DNA of 64,000 bases, taken from assembly GCA_015523325.1 (NCBI GenBank), contig WAKO01000003.1, forward strand, positions 77 to 64,076. Direction: 5' to 3'. The notes below the pieces were generated by a model that had not been told where the DNA came from, made no database searches, and was given only the letters and a program-made list of their open reading frames with translations. The first letter of the stretch is position 1. The number at the start of each line of letters is the position of its first letter. Source of the DNA: Candidatus Micrarchaeota archaeon. GTDB lineage: Archaea > Micrarchaeota > Micrarchaeia > Anstonellales > J096. A program made the translations under genes and the position numbers. Positions 45,877-55,513 of this stretch are shown here, piece by piece.

Positions 45877-46245
45877 TTATCTCCTCCTTCTTCTGGAGGA
45901 TTTAGATCTCTTTTTACTCCTACTGCTCTTTTTCTTACTCCTACTACTTCTCTTCTTTTTTGAGGAAGCCTTTTTCTTCTTTTTTGAGGAAGATCTTCTT
46001 CTCTTTCTTCTTGCTCCTTTCTTTCCTCCTCTGTTCATTTTTGTTTTATATACATATCCATCACTGCCTACAAAATAAAGGTATCCTTCCTCTTTCTTTA
46101 TTTTTTCACTTCCAACTTTTTTCCTTCTTCCTCTCTTGTTGTGCTTCATTGGTGTTGCCCAGACATAGCCGTCTTTACCTACAAAATAAAGGTATCCAGG
46201 CTCCCTCTTAATTCTTTCCTTGGAAACCTTTACGTGTCTTCCCAT
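45877..46245 (-). CDS. Small basic protein with two GYLYFVGxDGYV repeats and a K/R/S-rich tail; candidate nucleic-acid-binding protein
   Basis: GAGGTG RBS; internal duplication; tail RRKRRRSSSKKKKKASSKKKRSSRSKKKSSRSKKRSKSSRRRRR. Confidence 0.8.
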   Translation of the reverse strand: MGRHVKVSKERIKREPGYLYFVGKDGYVWATPMKHNKRGRRKKVGSEKIKKEEGYLYFVGSDGYVYKTKMNRGGKKGARRKRRRSSSKKKKKASSKKKRSSRSKKKSSRSKKRSKSSRRRRR

Positions 46246-46316
46246 TCATTTCACCTCGTATCCTCGTCGTTGTAATTTACTACCACAAACTTTTTAAGCT
46301 TTTCCCTAAATTTAGA

Positions 46317-48635
46317 TTAGTTTTTCCCAAGCTTCTCCTTTAATTCTCTCAAGCTTTTCATTATTACCTTTCTCTCAGCACTATTTATTATGTGCTTTAC
46401 TCTCTCAACCGCATCAGGGTTTACGCTTACACTAGTTATTCCAAACTCAACGAGCTTCTCTGTTAATTCAGGATAAACACTAGGAGCCTGACCACAAATG
46501 CTTACTGTTACTCCTCTTTTATTACACTCTTCAATAACTATCTTCATAGCTTTAAGAACAGCTTCATTCCTTTCATCAAACTCCCTCCCTAGTATTTGAG
46601 AATCCCTATCTATTCCTAAAATCAATTGTGTTAAATCATTGCTTCCAATACTTACTCCATCTATTCCTTCTTCCAAAAACTTGTCTATTAAGAATACTGT
46701 TGAAGGAACTTCCACCATCATCCAAAGCTTGAAATCCTTTGTTCTATAAAGCCCCACTTCTTCCATTATCTTTTTTATGGCTTTTAGCTCTCCAACCCTC
46801 CTAACAAAAGGAATCATTAGCCATAAATTCTTTAGTTTGAACTCCTCTCTTACTTTTCTTATCGCCTTAAGCTCCATCTTAAAAACTTCTGGCTGTCTTA
46901 TGTAGCGAGAAGCCCCTCTAAACCCTATCATAGGATTTTCTTCTTCAGGCTCGTATTTTTCTCCTCCTTCTAAAACTCTATATTCATTTGACTTAAAATC
47001 AGTTGCTCTGTACACAACAGGTCTTGGATAGAAGGCAGCTGCAATAACTCTTAGTTTTTCAGCCAATTGGTTTATGAATTCCTTCTCTTTTTTCTCTTCT
47101 ATAAATTTTAGAGGGTGTTTTTTCATATCTGCTATTATAAATTCTGCCCTAAGCAACCCAACTCCATCCACACTTAACCTAGCCACTTTTTCAGCAAGCT
47201 CTGGTTGAGCTAGATTTACATAAACCTTTGTGCCAGTAGGAGGAAGCATTTCTTGAATAAAGGCTGGATGAGCTTGAGTTTCTTTTTTTGGTTTTGCCAC
47301 GTTCCCTCTATAAACAACCCCTCTTGTTGCATCAACAGTGATTAGTTCTCCTTCTTTAAGTAGTTGTGTTGCTTTTTGAGTTCCAACAATACAAGGAATT
47401 CCTAGTTCTCTACTAACTATTGCTGCATGAGAAGTCATCCCTCCTTCATCCGTAACTATTGCGCTAGCTTTTTTCATTGCAGGAACCATATCAGGGGTTG
47501 TCATTTTAGTTACTAAAACATCTCCTTGCTTAACCTTTCCCAAATCTTTCATATCAAGAACTAGCTTTACTCTCCCTACTCCAATTCCTGGAGAGGCTGG
47601 AAGCCCACTCAATATCTTTTCTCCTTTTCCCTCACTTCCCTCAATTTTTTCGGCTTCCCCTTCCTTTAGCTCTGAAATTGTAGTTATAGGACGGGATTGC
47701 ACAATATAGAGCTTTCCTTTCTCCAAAGCCCACTCAATATCTTGAGGGTAGTTGTAGTGCTTTTCTATTTCTCTCCCTATTCTTGCCAATTCAACAACAT
47801 ATCTATCCTCTAACTTTTGCTTGTTTCTCTCTTCCATTGGGACTTCAACGCTTACATTTTCTCCTTCTTCATCCCTAACAAGCTTAATCTCTTGAGTGCT
47901 TACTTTTTTGTTTATTATTTTTAAGTCTGATTTTCTAACTTTGTAAGTGTCTGGTGTTACTTTTCCTGAAACTATATATTCTCCAAGTCCATAAATTGCT
48001 TCTATAACTAACTCATCCTTGTTTTGAGTAACAGGATCAACGGTAAACATAACTCCTGAAACCTCTGAATTAACCATCTTTTGCACAACAGCTGCTAGAG
48101 CAACTTTTAGATGGTCAAACCCTTTCTCAGCCCTATAAAATATTGCTCTAGGTTCAAATAGAGAAGCCCAAGCTTCCTTTACCTCTTGCAATAACTCTCC
48201 CACTCCCCTAACATTTAGGAATGTCTTTTGTTGACCTGCAAAGCTGGCTTCTGGCAAATCCTCTGCTGTGGCAGAACTCCTAACCGCTACCCATGGCTCT
48301 TCTCCAATCATCTTTGCTAAATCTTTATATGCTGCTATTATTTCTTCCTTAACATCTTCAGGAAAAGTTCCTCCAAGGATTGAGAGCTTAATCATCTCAG
48401 AGGCTTTATTCAATTCTTCAACATTTGAGGTATCCAATCCATCTAAAAATTCTTTTATACGTGGAACTAGGTTGTTGTATTCTAAATGTCTGTAGTATGC
48501 TTTTGATGTTACAACAAAACCAGGAGGTACAGGAAACCCAGCATTCCTCATCTCTCCTAAGTTTGCTCCCTTTCCCCCAGCAATTGAGACATCCTTCTTA
48601 CTTAATTCTTCAAACCATTTTATGTACTTATACAC
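46317..48635 (-). CDS. ppsA: Phosphoenolpyruvate synthase
   Basis: GGKGANLGE, AVRSSATAEDL..ASFAGQ, TSHAAIVSRE, GLLRAEF, SIGSNDLTQ and ICGQAPS motifs. Confidence 0.98.
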   Translation of the reverse strand: MYKYIKWFEELSKKDVSIAGGKGANLGEMRNAGFPVPPGFVVTSKAYYRHLEYNNLVPRIKEFLDGLDTSNVEELNKASEMIKLSILGGTFPEDVKEEIIAAYKDLAKMIGEEPWVAVRSSATAEDLPEASFAGQQKTFLNVRGVGELLQEVKEAWASLFEPRAIFYRAEKGFDHLKVALAAVVQKMVNSEVSGVMFTVDPVTQNKDELVIEAIYGLGEYIVSGKVTPDTYKVRKSDLKIINKKVSTQEIKLVRDEEGENVSVEVPMEERNKQKLEDRYVVELARIGREIEKHYNYPQDIEWALEKGKLYIVQSRPITTISELKEGEAEKIEGSEGKGEKILSGLPASPGIGVGRVKLVLDMKDLGKVKQGDVLVTKMTTPDMVPAMKKASAIVTDEGGMTSHAAIVSRELGIPCIVGTQKATQLLKEGELITVDATRGVVYRGNVAKPKKETQAHPAFIQEMLPPTGTKVYVNLAQPELAEKVARLSVDGVGLLRAEFIIADMKKHPLKFIEEKKEKEFINQLAEKLRVIAAAFYPRPVVYRATDFKSNEYRVLEGGEKYEPEEENPMIGFRGASRYIRQPEVFKMELKAIRKVREEFKLKNLWLMIPFVRRVGELKAIKKIMEEVGLYRTKDFKLWMMVEVPSTVFLIDKFLEEGIDGVSIGSNDLTQLILGIDRDSQILGREFDERNEAVLKAMKIVIEECNKRGVTVSICGQAPSVYPELTEKLVEFGITSVSVNPDAVERVKHIINSAERKVIMKSLRELKEKLGKN

Positions 48636-48772
48636 GATACCACCTAAAACATATTAGATTGCCTTAATTTAAAATATTTCTAATTTAATTCACATTTCTT
48701 TATCTCTTTTTAGTAAAAATACAAAAAATTTTTTATCATGTTTTAAAAAACGATCCAAAAATAAGAAGGCTT

Positions 48773-49525
48773 ATGGAATTAAAAGGAAGGGCTGGGGAGC
48801 ATTTTAAGAACATCTTTGCAATTTCACTTGGGGTCTTTTCTTTAATCCTCTCTTTATCTAACTCAATAGTTGGATTTAATACTGGGTTTGGAATGATAGT
48901 AGATATCTCTACTGTTCCAATATTTTTTGCTCTATTCTACCTCTCTTATAAACATGCTATAAAGTCTTTGGTTGTATTTAGCTTTCTCCTCTTATTTTTT
49001 TCTGAAAGTGGGTTTATAGGAGCTTTAATGAAGTTTACAGCGACTCTTCCTTTATTAGCTCTTCCTTATTTTGCAACAAACATGGGTTTTGGCAAGGTTG
49101 GAGGAGCCCTTCTATTGATAGTTATATTGCTTTTATCCTTTGCATTACTCAGTAACGTTTATGTAATAAATGAGTTCTTAAGTTCTATTTTACTTTTCAT
49201 TTTATCCATAATGATTGTTCCTATGATAAAGGAGGAGAGCTATTCCTCCTCCTTCTTCAAAATCCTACCCTTAAGTATAATACTAAGAGGAGTGGTTATG
49301 ATAGTTGCAAACATTTACTTTGCTGGCCCCCTCTTCTTTAAAATGAGTAGTGAAGAGCTTTTTTCTTTTTTTGATAATTTGGAGTTCCCATTTCTTGGAA
49401 GAATAGGTATTTATGGAATAATATTTTTATGGAATGCTATTCAAAGCATTTTGGAGGTTAGTGTTGCATACTTGCTTTACAAGGCATTTTTAAAGGTTAA
49501 AAATTCTTCACTAAAGGGAGGATAA
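48773..49525 (+). CDS. ECF transporter S-component-like membrane protein
   Basis: Multi-TM; DISTVP, LRGVVMIVAN and LWNAIQ patterns typical of PanT/RibU-like S components; adjacent to an ATPase. Confidence 0.6.
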   Translation: MELKGRAGEHFKNIFAISLGVFSLILSLSNSIVGFNTGFGMIVDISTVPIFFALFYLSYKHAIKSLVVFSFLLLFFSESGFIGALMKFTATLPLLALPYFATNMGFGKVGGALLLIVILLLSFALLSNVYVINEFLSSILLFILSIMIVPMIKEESYSSSFFKILPLSIILRGVVMIVANIYFAGPLFFKMSSEELFSFFDNLEFPFLGRIGIYGIIFLWNAIQSILEVSVAYLLYKAFLKVKNSSLKGG

Positions 49526-49527
49526 TT

Positions 49528-50202
49528 TTGATCTCTATAAAAAATCTCTCCTTATCTTATGGTAAAAGGAAGGTTTTTGAAAACCTAAACTACTTCTATG
49601 GAAAGGAGAATGGATTAATATGTTTGATAGGCCCTAATGGGATTGGAAAAACATCTTTAATGTATTGTATAGCTGGTTTTATCCCTAATTATATAAAGGC
49701 AAGGCTTGAAGGGGAGATTAGGGTTTTTGGAAAAGAACCTACAAAGCTGAAACAAAAATTCTTTGTTTTTCAGGATGTTGAGGATTCATTTCTCTACCCC
49801 AAGGTTGGAGAAGAGGTAGAAAGTGTTTCAAAGGATAGGGAAAAAACAGTTAAAATTCTAAGGGATTTAGGTTTAGAAGGAAAGACAGAGGAATATATAA
49901 CTTCTCTTTCTTTTGGAGAAAAACACAAATTAGCAATTGCTTTAGCGCTTTTAAGTGACTCAAAGATTGTTTTTTTTGACGAGAGCTTTTCCTCCTTAGA
50001 TAGGGAATCAAAGCTTGAGGCTATAAGAGATATAAAGGAGTTAAGTAAAAAAGCTATTGTAATGCTTACAACCCATGATTTGCAGTTGGTTTATGAGATA
50101 GGAGAGGAAGTAGTAGAAATGAAAACCAATTGCTTGGAGATAATTCCTAAAAATAAGCTGGAGCCTTTTGTTTGTAAAGATAAGAAGTTTTATGAGGTTT
50201 AG
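49528..50202 (+). CDS. ECF-type (CbiO/EcfA-like) ABC ATPase
   Basis: GPNGIGKT, VFQD, LSFGEK, FFDE and TTHD motifs. Confidence 0.85.
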   Translation: MISIKNLSLSYGKRKVFENLNYFYGKENGLICLIGPNGIGKTSLMYCIAGFIPNYIKARLEGEIRVFGKEPTKLKQKFFVFQDVEDSFLYPKVGEEVESVSKDREKTVKILRDLGLEGKTEEYITSLSFGEKHKLAIALALLSDSKIVFFDESFSSLDRESKLEAIRDIKELSKKAIVMLTTHDLQLVYEIGEEVVEMKTNCLEIIPKNKLEPFVCKDKKFYEV

Positions 50203-50207
50203 GTTTT

Positions 50208-50732
50208 ATGGAATTAGATCTTGAGCAACAACTTATGGAGCTTTCTAAAAGAGAGGGGTTAAATCCCTCTATAATAGAGAGGGCCTTATTAATTGCAAAA
50301 AAGGCCCATTGTTCTAAAAAAAGAGCTACAGGAGAACCTTTCATTAATCATCCTCTTAGAGTTGCTCTAAGAATTGCTAGTTCTAACATTAAGGAAAAAG
50401 AGCCCTTAATAATAATAGCTTTACTCCATGATGTGTTAGAGGAGGTGGAGGAGAATTACAGAGAACCTCTTGAGAGAGAGATACACGTTACTTTTGGAAA
50501 AGAAATTTTTGAAAGGGTTTTACTCCTGACTAGAGAAGAGGGGGAAGATTATTTTGAGTATTTGGATAGAGTTAAAAAAGACAAGCTTGCAGCAATAGTT
50601 AAGTACTTTGATGTTTTGGATAACTTGCAAAGTTTACCAAGTAATTGGAGTAAGGAGAAGATTGAAAAAAAACTTAAAGAATGGAAAACAGCTTTGAGAG
50701 TACTTGGGGAGTTAAGAGAGGAATTGGAGTAA
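50208..50732 (+). CDS. HD-domain hydrolase, SpoT/Mesh1-like small alarmone hydrolase family
   Basis: AH...KRATGEPFINHPLRVA, ALLHDVLEE and VK..D..DN motifs. Confidence 0.85.
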   Translation: MELDLEQQLMELSKREGLNPSIIERALLIAKKAHCSKKRATGEPFINHPLRVALRIASSNIKEKEPLIIIALLHDVLEEVEENYREPLEREIHVTFGKEIFERVLLLTREEGEDYFEYLDRVKKDKLAAIVKYFDVLDNLQSLPSNWSKEKIEKKLKEWKTALRVLGELREELE

Positions 50733-50789
50733 GTGATTAGCTAAGATTAATGAAAAACCTTTAAAAAATATAGTTTTGAATAATCTTGC

Positions 50790-52016
50790 ATGAAAAATTA
50801 TGATGTTATTGTTGTTGGTGGAGGGCCTGGAGGGAGTAGTACTTCCTTATTTTGTGCAAAAAAAGGTTTGAAGGTTCTACTTATTGATAAAGCAACTTTT
50901 CCAAGAGATAAGGTTTGTGGAGATGGAGTAAGTGGAAAATCTGTTAGGGTGTTGAGGGAATTGGACTTAATTAAAGATATAGAGAGCAATGAGCATGCAA
51001 AGATGAATGGAGTTATTTTTTCTTCTCCAAAAGGAGATGTTTTGGAGGTAGAAGCTCCTAAAAAAGACACAAAAGAGCCAGCAGGTTATGTAGTGAGGAG
51101 GTATGTTCTTGATAACTTAATTTTCCAAAAAGCAAAATCCCACAAAAATGTTGATGTAATGGAAGGAACCCCTGTTATTGATGTTTTAAAAGAGAATGGA
51201 AAGGTTGTAGGAGTTGTTGTAAATAGTAAAGGAAATAAAGAGGAAATAAGAGCAAATGTTGTTGTAGGAGCGGATGGAGCTAGCTCAATAATAGCAACAA
51301 AGGTTGGAGCAGAAAAGATTGAAGAAGAACATCATGTTATTGCAGTAAGAACTTATTATGAAGGAGTAGAGGGAATGAAAGATAAAATAGAGCTTCATTT
51401 TATTGATGAGGTTTTGCCAGGATATTTTTGGATATTTCCATTACCAAATAAGAGGGCTAATGTTGGAGTTGGAATGCTAACAAAAGAGTTAAGGAGAAAA
51501 AAAGTTGATTTAAAGAAAGCTGTTGAAAAAGCAATTAATTCAAAGTTACTTAGGGAGAGATTCAAAAACGCAAAGCCTTTGGGAGAGTTAAAAGGTTGGA
51601 GCCTTCCTTTGGGAAGTAAAAGGAGAAGAGGTTATGGAAATGGCTATTTATTGGTAGGAGATGCAGCTTCTTTAATTGATCCGTTTACAGGAGAAGGAAT
51701 TGGAAATGCTTTGTTGAGTGGAAAATTGGCGAGTATTGTTATTGAAAAAGCCTACTCATTAGGAGATTTTTCTGAAAATGTTTTAAAAGAATATGATGAG
51801 TTGTTGAGAAAGGAGATGGATGAAGAGCTAAAGGTAATGTATAACTTACAACGCTTAGGAAGGTTTAAGTTCTTGTTAAATCTTGCAATAGATAAGGCTA
51901 GGAGAAATAGCGAGTTAAGAAGGATTATCTCTTCTACTTTGGTTCAAGAAACTTCAATGCAATATAAGAAGAAGCTTGCAAACCCTCTCTTCTGGCTAAA
52001 GGTTTTGATAAGTTAA
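50790..52016 (+). CDS. Geranylgeranyl reductase family flavoprotein
   Basis: GGGPGG, FPRDKVCG, GADG, GYFWIFP and VGDAA..IDPFTGEGI motifs. Confidence 0.92.
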   Translation: MKNYDVIVVGGGPGGSSTSLFCAKKGLKVLLIDKATFPRDKVCGDGVSGKSVRVLRELDLIKDIESNEHAKMNGVIFSSPKGDVLEVEAPKKDTKEPAGYVVRRYVLDNLIFQKAKSHKNVDVMEGTPVIDVLKENGKVVGVVVNSKGNKEEIRANVVVGADGASSIIATKVGAEKIEEEHHVIAVRTYYEGVEGMKDKIELHFIDEVLPGYFWIFPLPNKRANVGVGMLTKELRRKKVDLKKAVEKAINSKLLRERFKNAKPLGELKGWSLPLGSKRRRGYGNGYLLVGDAASLIDPFTGEGIGNALLSGKLASIVIEKAYSLGDFSENVLKEYDELLRKEMDEELKVMYNLQRLGRFKFLLNLAIDKARRNSELRRIISSTLVQETSMQYKKKLANPLFWLKVLIS

Positions 52017-52852
52017 TTTCTACTGTTTTTTCTTTTTACAAAAAATCCTAATAGCTTTTCATCCCATTCATAAACCAACCCCTTTTCATTAAAGAATTTC
52101 TCCATTATTTCTTTTGCTATTCTGCCAGTATAAAAGTAAAGCTTTCCTTCCTTTTTTAATGATTTGAGGAGAAATGCTAAAAATTTTCTTGAGTAAAAGT
52201 GCCTACTCTCTTTATATCTAAAGGATGGAGGATCACAAACAATATAATCAAATTCTTCCTTATTTTTAGAGAGAATTTCCCAACAATCCCCTTCTTTTAA
52301 TTCAATCTTTTTATTTGCAAAGAACTCTTTGCTATAAGGGTTTATTTTGGCTAATTCAATTACAGCTTTGTTTTTTTCAATTGCAACAACCCTCTCAACC
52401 TCTTTTCTTTTAGTTAGCTCTATGCTTATATAACCAAGCCCTGCAAAACAATCCAAAACTTTTCCTTTAGGAGTTAATTTCCTCACCACTCTGTTTGCAT
52501 AAGCTAGAGGAGAAATGCTAATTAAATGCATCCTAAACCCATCAATAACTAGATAAGGAACTCCATCTTTACCTATTTCTAGCTTGTAAAAATGCTTGTC
52601 AAATATAGCCAATTTATAGAGCTCTTGTTCCTTTTTATTCCAACAATATATGAAGTTCCCTTTCACTTTTTCTAGAGGAATTTCCTCAATTTCCTCTATT
52701 AAGAATTTCCTCCTACTTTTTCCCAAATCTGGGGAGAATTCAATTTCCCTAACTTCCTTTTCTTTCTTCCTTTCTCTCTTAATTTTTTCAAGCTCCTCCT
52801 TCAACCCTTTTGCTATTTTTTCAGTTAGGAAAATGCACTCGTCTTCATTCAT
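52013..52852 (-). CDS. SAM-dependent methyltransferase (COG2521-like)
   Basis: IDGFRMH, VLDCFAGLGY, NPYS and DPPSF motifs. Confidence 0.85.
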   Translation of the reverse strand: MNEDECIFLTEKIAKGLKEELEKIKRERKKEKEVREIEFSPDLGKSRRKFLIEEIEEIPLEKVKGNFIYCWNKKEQELYKLAIFDKHFYKLEIGKDGVPYLVIDGFRMHLISISPLAYANRVVRKLTPKGKVLDCFAGLGYISIELTKRKEVERVVAIEKNKAVIELAKINPYSKEFFANKKIELKEGDCWEILSKNKEEFDYIVCDPPSFRYKESRHFYSRKFLAFLLKSLKKEGKLYFYTGRIAKEIMEKFFNEKGLVYEWDEKLLGFFVKRKNSRN

Positions 52853-53621
52853 TCTTTTTCCTCTTTTTCATTATTTTTAGGAGTTCTTTGTGAATACCAC
52901 TTCCATATTGGAGTGCTTGTTTCCTCCTATTTATTGCTTTTTCAGGAACTCCTAAAATTTTTGCTGCTTCTCTAAGCAAAAACTTCTTCTTTTCTTTATC
53001 TTTAAACCTAAGCTCTAAAGGAGAGGAAAACGCTATTCCCTCCAAAGCGCAAAAAGGGAAGAGAGGCTTTTTTCCAAAATGCTTTGCAAGTTCTTTTATA
53101 AAATAAATGTCTCCACAGCATATTAAATTTTTGTACTCCTCCTTAAGCATTTCCTCTATCTTTTCTTTTGGCTCTTTTTCCCACCATTCATAATACCTCT
53201 CATAACCTACAAAGAGCTCTTCACTTCCACTACCAAATAGGATTATTTCTTCCTTTGCAACCTCAAATATTTTGGCTATAGGAGCTAAAATCTCGCTTTT
53301 TAAAAATCCCAACGAAAATTTCTCCTCTACAAAGTTATAAAGTCTTAACGCCTCTTCCCTATCAAGGAAATAAATGTTTAATTCTAAATCTAACTCTCTT
53401 GCAATTTCTATTGAGTAAAGAACATCTTTACTCTCAGGAAACCCAACAGTGTAGAGAGAAACCTTACAGTATTTCTTTGCTAATTTGGCTAGAGTTGTGC
53501 TATCCACACCTCCAGAAAAAGCTATTCCAACTTCCTTTCCTTCTAGCTTTTTCAGTTCCTCCTCTAGCTTAGTAGCTATTTTTTTAGAAATGCTTTCTAT
53601 TTTTGACTCCATAAACCCCAA
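52845..53621 (-). CDS. Stand-alone asparagine synthase C-terminal (PP-loop) domain protein
   Basis: AFSGGVDS, GSGSEELFVGY, KFLLREAA and RRKQALQYGSG motifs; no glutaminase domain. Confidence 0.88.
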   Translation of the reverse strand: MGFMESKIESISKKIATKLEEELKKLEGKEVGIAFSGGVDSTTLAKLAKKYCKVSLYTVGFPESKDVLYSIEIARELDLELNIYFLDREEALRLYNFVEEKFSLGFLKSEILAPIAKIFEVAKEEIILFGSGSEELFVGYERYYEWWEKEPKEKIEEMLKEEYKNLICCGDIYFIKELAKHFGKKPLFPFCALEGIAFSSPLELRFKDKEKKKFLLREAAKILGVPEKAINRRKQALQYGSGIHKELLKIMKKRKKNE

Positions 53622-53664
53622 AAAGTAAGGAAAAGTTTATATTTCTAAACTTCCACTAAAATTT

Positions 53665-54483
53665 GTGGATAAAGATAGTGCTTTAAGGGAGATTTCAGAT
53701 TATGCAGAGTTTATAATAAAAATTGAAGGTGTTAAGAGCTCTATAGATGCCTTAACCCTAGCCAAAAAAAGGCTTTTTGCGTTAAAGATACTTAAGAACG
53801 TTGATAGCCCTACAAAAAAAGAGTTGATCTCACTTAAAAAGATAGCTGGTTTTTTTGGAGCAATTCCATTCATAATTGGAGAGCAATCAAACAATGGAAG
53901 GCTTAAGGATTATGTCTTGTTTGAGAGGCTTTCTATATTAGTTGGAACTCTAAACACTTTTATTGAATACATGAGAGGAGAGAGCCTACCTATCAAAAAA
54001 CCTCAAGAATTTTATAGCATTGATGGAAAGAGGATGAAGGAGCTTAGAGAAAAAAAGAAACTAAGCCTAAGAGAACTTTCCTTAATAACAGGAATTTCAA
54101 AAGAAACTCTTTATAGATATGAAAATGAGACAATTCTCATAGGAGTTGAGAATTTAAGGAAGCTTGAGAAAGCACTTAATACAACTCTAAGAAAACAAAT
54201 AACTCCAAAGGTTGAGATTAATGAATGGATCTCTTCAGCCAACCCCTTCAGCTATTTGATAAATTTAAGAAAGAAATACTTGATAGGAAAACAAATGTCT
54301 ACCTCTAGTATAACTAAAAGATATATTCTTATATTCGAAGAAATAAGTGAGAAGCTGGAAGTTCCTTACTTTATTCTCTCTAAGAGAAAATCCCACTATC
54401 CTTTCCTTTTAATGTCTGAGTTTTACTCTAAAAAATCAAAAAAGGAAGAGCTACTTGAGTTTTTGGAGAACAGCTCTACTTAA
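53665..54483 (+). CDS. Archaeal HTH transcriptional regulator (COG1395-like)
   Basis: LKILKNVD motif; XRE-type HTH IDGKRMKELREKKKLSLRELSLITGISKETLYRYE. Confidence 0.85.
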   Translation: MDKDSALREISDYAEFIIKIEGVKSSIDALTLAKKRLFALKILKNVDSPTKKELISLKKIAGFFGAIPFIIGEQSNNGRLKDYVLFERLSILVGTLNTFIEYMRGESLPIKKPQEFYSIDGKRMKELREKKKLSLRELSLITGISKETLYRYENETILIGVENLRKLEKALNTTLRKQITPKVEINEWISSANPFSYLINLRKKYLIGKQMSTSSITKRYILIFEEISEKLEVPYFILSKRKSHYPFLLMSEFYSKKSKKEELLEFLENSST

Positions 54484-55456
54484 CTACTGCATTTCTTAGC
54501 TCTTCTAATTTTTGTTTTATGTTTAATATGGTTTCTTTGTAAATACACTCCAAAGAGCTATGCAAGTACTTTAGAGGATAACCCATCGCTATAGCTTTTC
54601 TCCCCAACCTATAGAGAGTAGTAGCATCTGTAACCTCCCACCTGCTAGATGTTTTTATCTCCTTACAACCAATCTCTCTTAGAAGTTCAATTAGTTCTTT
54701 TGGAGCTATATTTCCTAACCCTTTTCCCTCTACTCCAGCAAATCCTATCTCTCCTTTTCCTAAAGCATTAACAATTCCTTTATAGTGTTCATCCTCTTTA
54801 GAAGGAAAAGAATCTAATATTATGTAGAGAGGGTTTTCAACTTTTTCTTCTATAAATTCTAAGCTTTCTAAAAACCTAGTAGTTCCTTGCTCTTCTCCAT
54901 GAGAAAGGATGAATGAGAACCCTAGCTCTTTAGCCAATAGAAGAATGCTAACAACTCCAGCCCTATCATCTAAGGATTTTGTGAAAATTCTGTCTTTAAA
55001 CTCAATTAGTTTATTTTCAAAGGTAAAAGGATAAAGAGGAGGCAAATCGATTTCTTCTTCTAGTTCTAAGAAAAGCCTGTTCTCTTCTGAGGAGGAATGA
55101 GGGAGGGGAGAGCTTCCTATGGCTTTTATTATTCTTCCCTTAAAGTGTGTTTGAAAGACCTTCCCATACCCTCTTTCCCAACTCATCAATCCAAATGGAA
55201 TAGTTCTATAAAGATTTTTAGCATATTGGTTATCAACAACAAATCCAACCTCATCATAATGAGAAATTAAAACCAAGTTTGAGAGCTCTCCTTCTGAAAT
55301 GTTTAGGATGTTTAACCCTATTCTCTTAGCTTTTTTGTAGTTCCTCCTCGCTATTTTTAAAAGCTCATCCACAAAAAGATGTTCAAAACCAGTAACCAAG
55401 GGATAATTCCCAATCTCTATTAATAGTTTTTTAAAACTCTCCAAGTAGTTGTTCAT
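54476..55456 (-). CDS. M42/M20/M28-clan metallopeptidase
   Basis: SHYDEVGF, KSLDDRAG, GEE, TDA and YLHSSLE motifs. Confidence 0.88.
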   Translation of the reverse strand: MNNYLESFKKLLIEIGNYPLVTGFEHLFVDELLKIARRNYKKAKRIGLNILNISEGELSNLVLISHYDEVGFVVDNQYAKNLYRTIPFGLMSWERGYGKVFQTHFKGRIIKAIGSSPLPHSSSEENRLFLELEEEIDLPPLYPFTFENKLIEFKDRIFTKSLDDRAGVVSILLLAKELGFSFILSHGEEQGTTRFLESLEFIEEKVENPLYIILDSFPSKEDEHYKGIVNALGKGEIGFAGVEGKGLGNIAPKELIELLREIGCKEIKTSSRWEVTDATTLYRLGRKAIAMGYPLKYLHSSLECIYKETILNIKQKLEELRNAVVK

Positions 55457-55513
55457 AAGCTAATTTAGAAAAGAAAAAATAAAATCCTTACTAAAGCTTT
55501 TCCTTTCCTTTTC

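Noticed and set aside
45872-46211. Plus-strand Leu/Phe-rich ORFs (45872-46078, 45960-46211)
   Set aside because: Antisense translation of the K/R/S-rich gene. The same applies to the many short ORFs antisense to housekeeping genes (for example 26789, 28376, 30567, 33458, 35504, 63641).
52013-52852. Restriction-modification DNA methyltransferase
   Set aside because: The IDGxRMH and NPYS context fits the COG2521-like archaeal family, and there is no adjacent nuclease.
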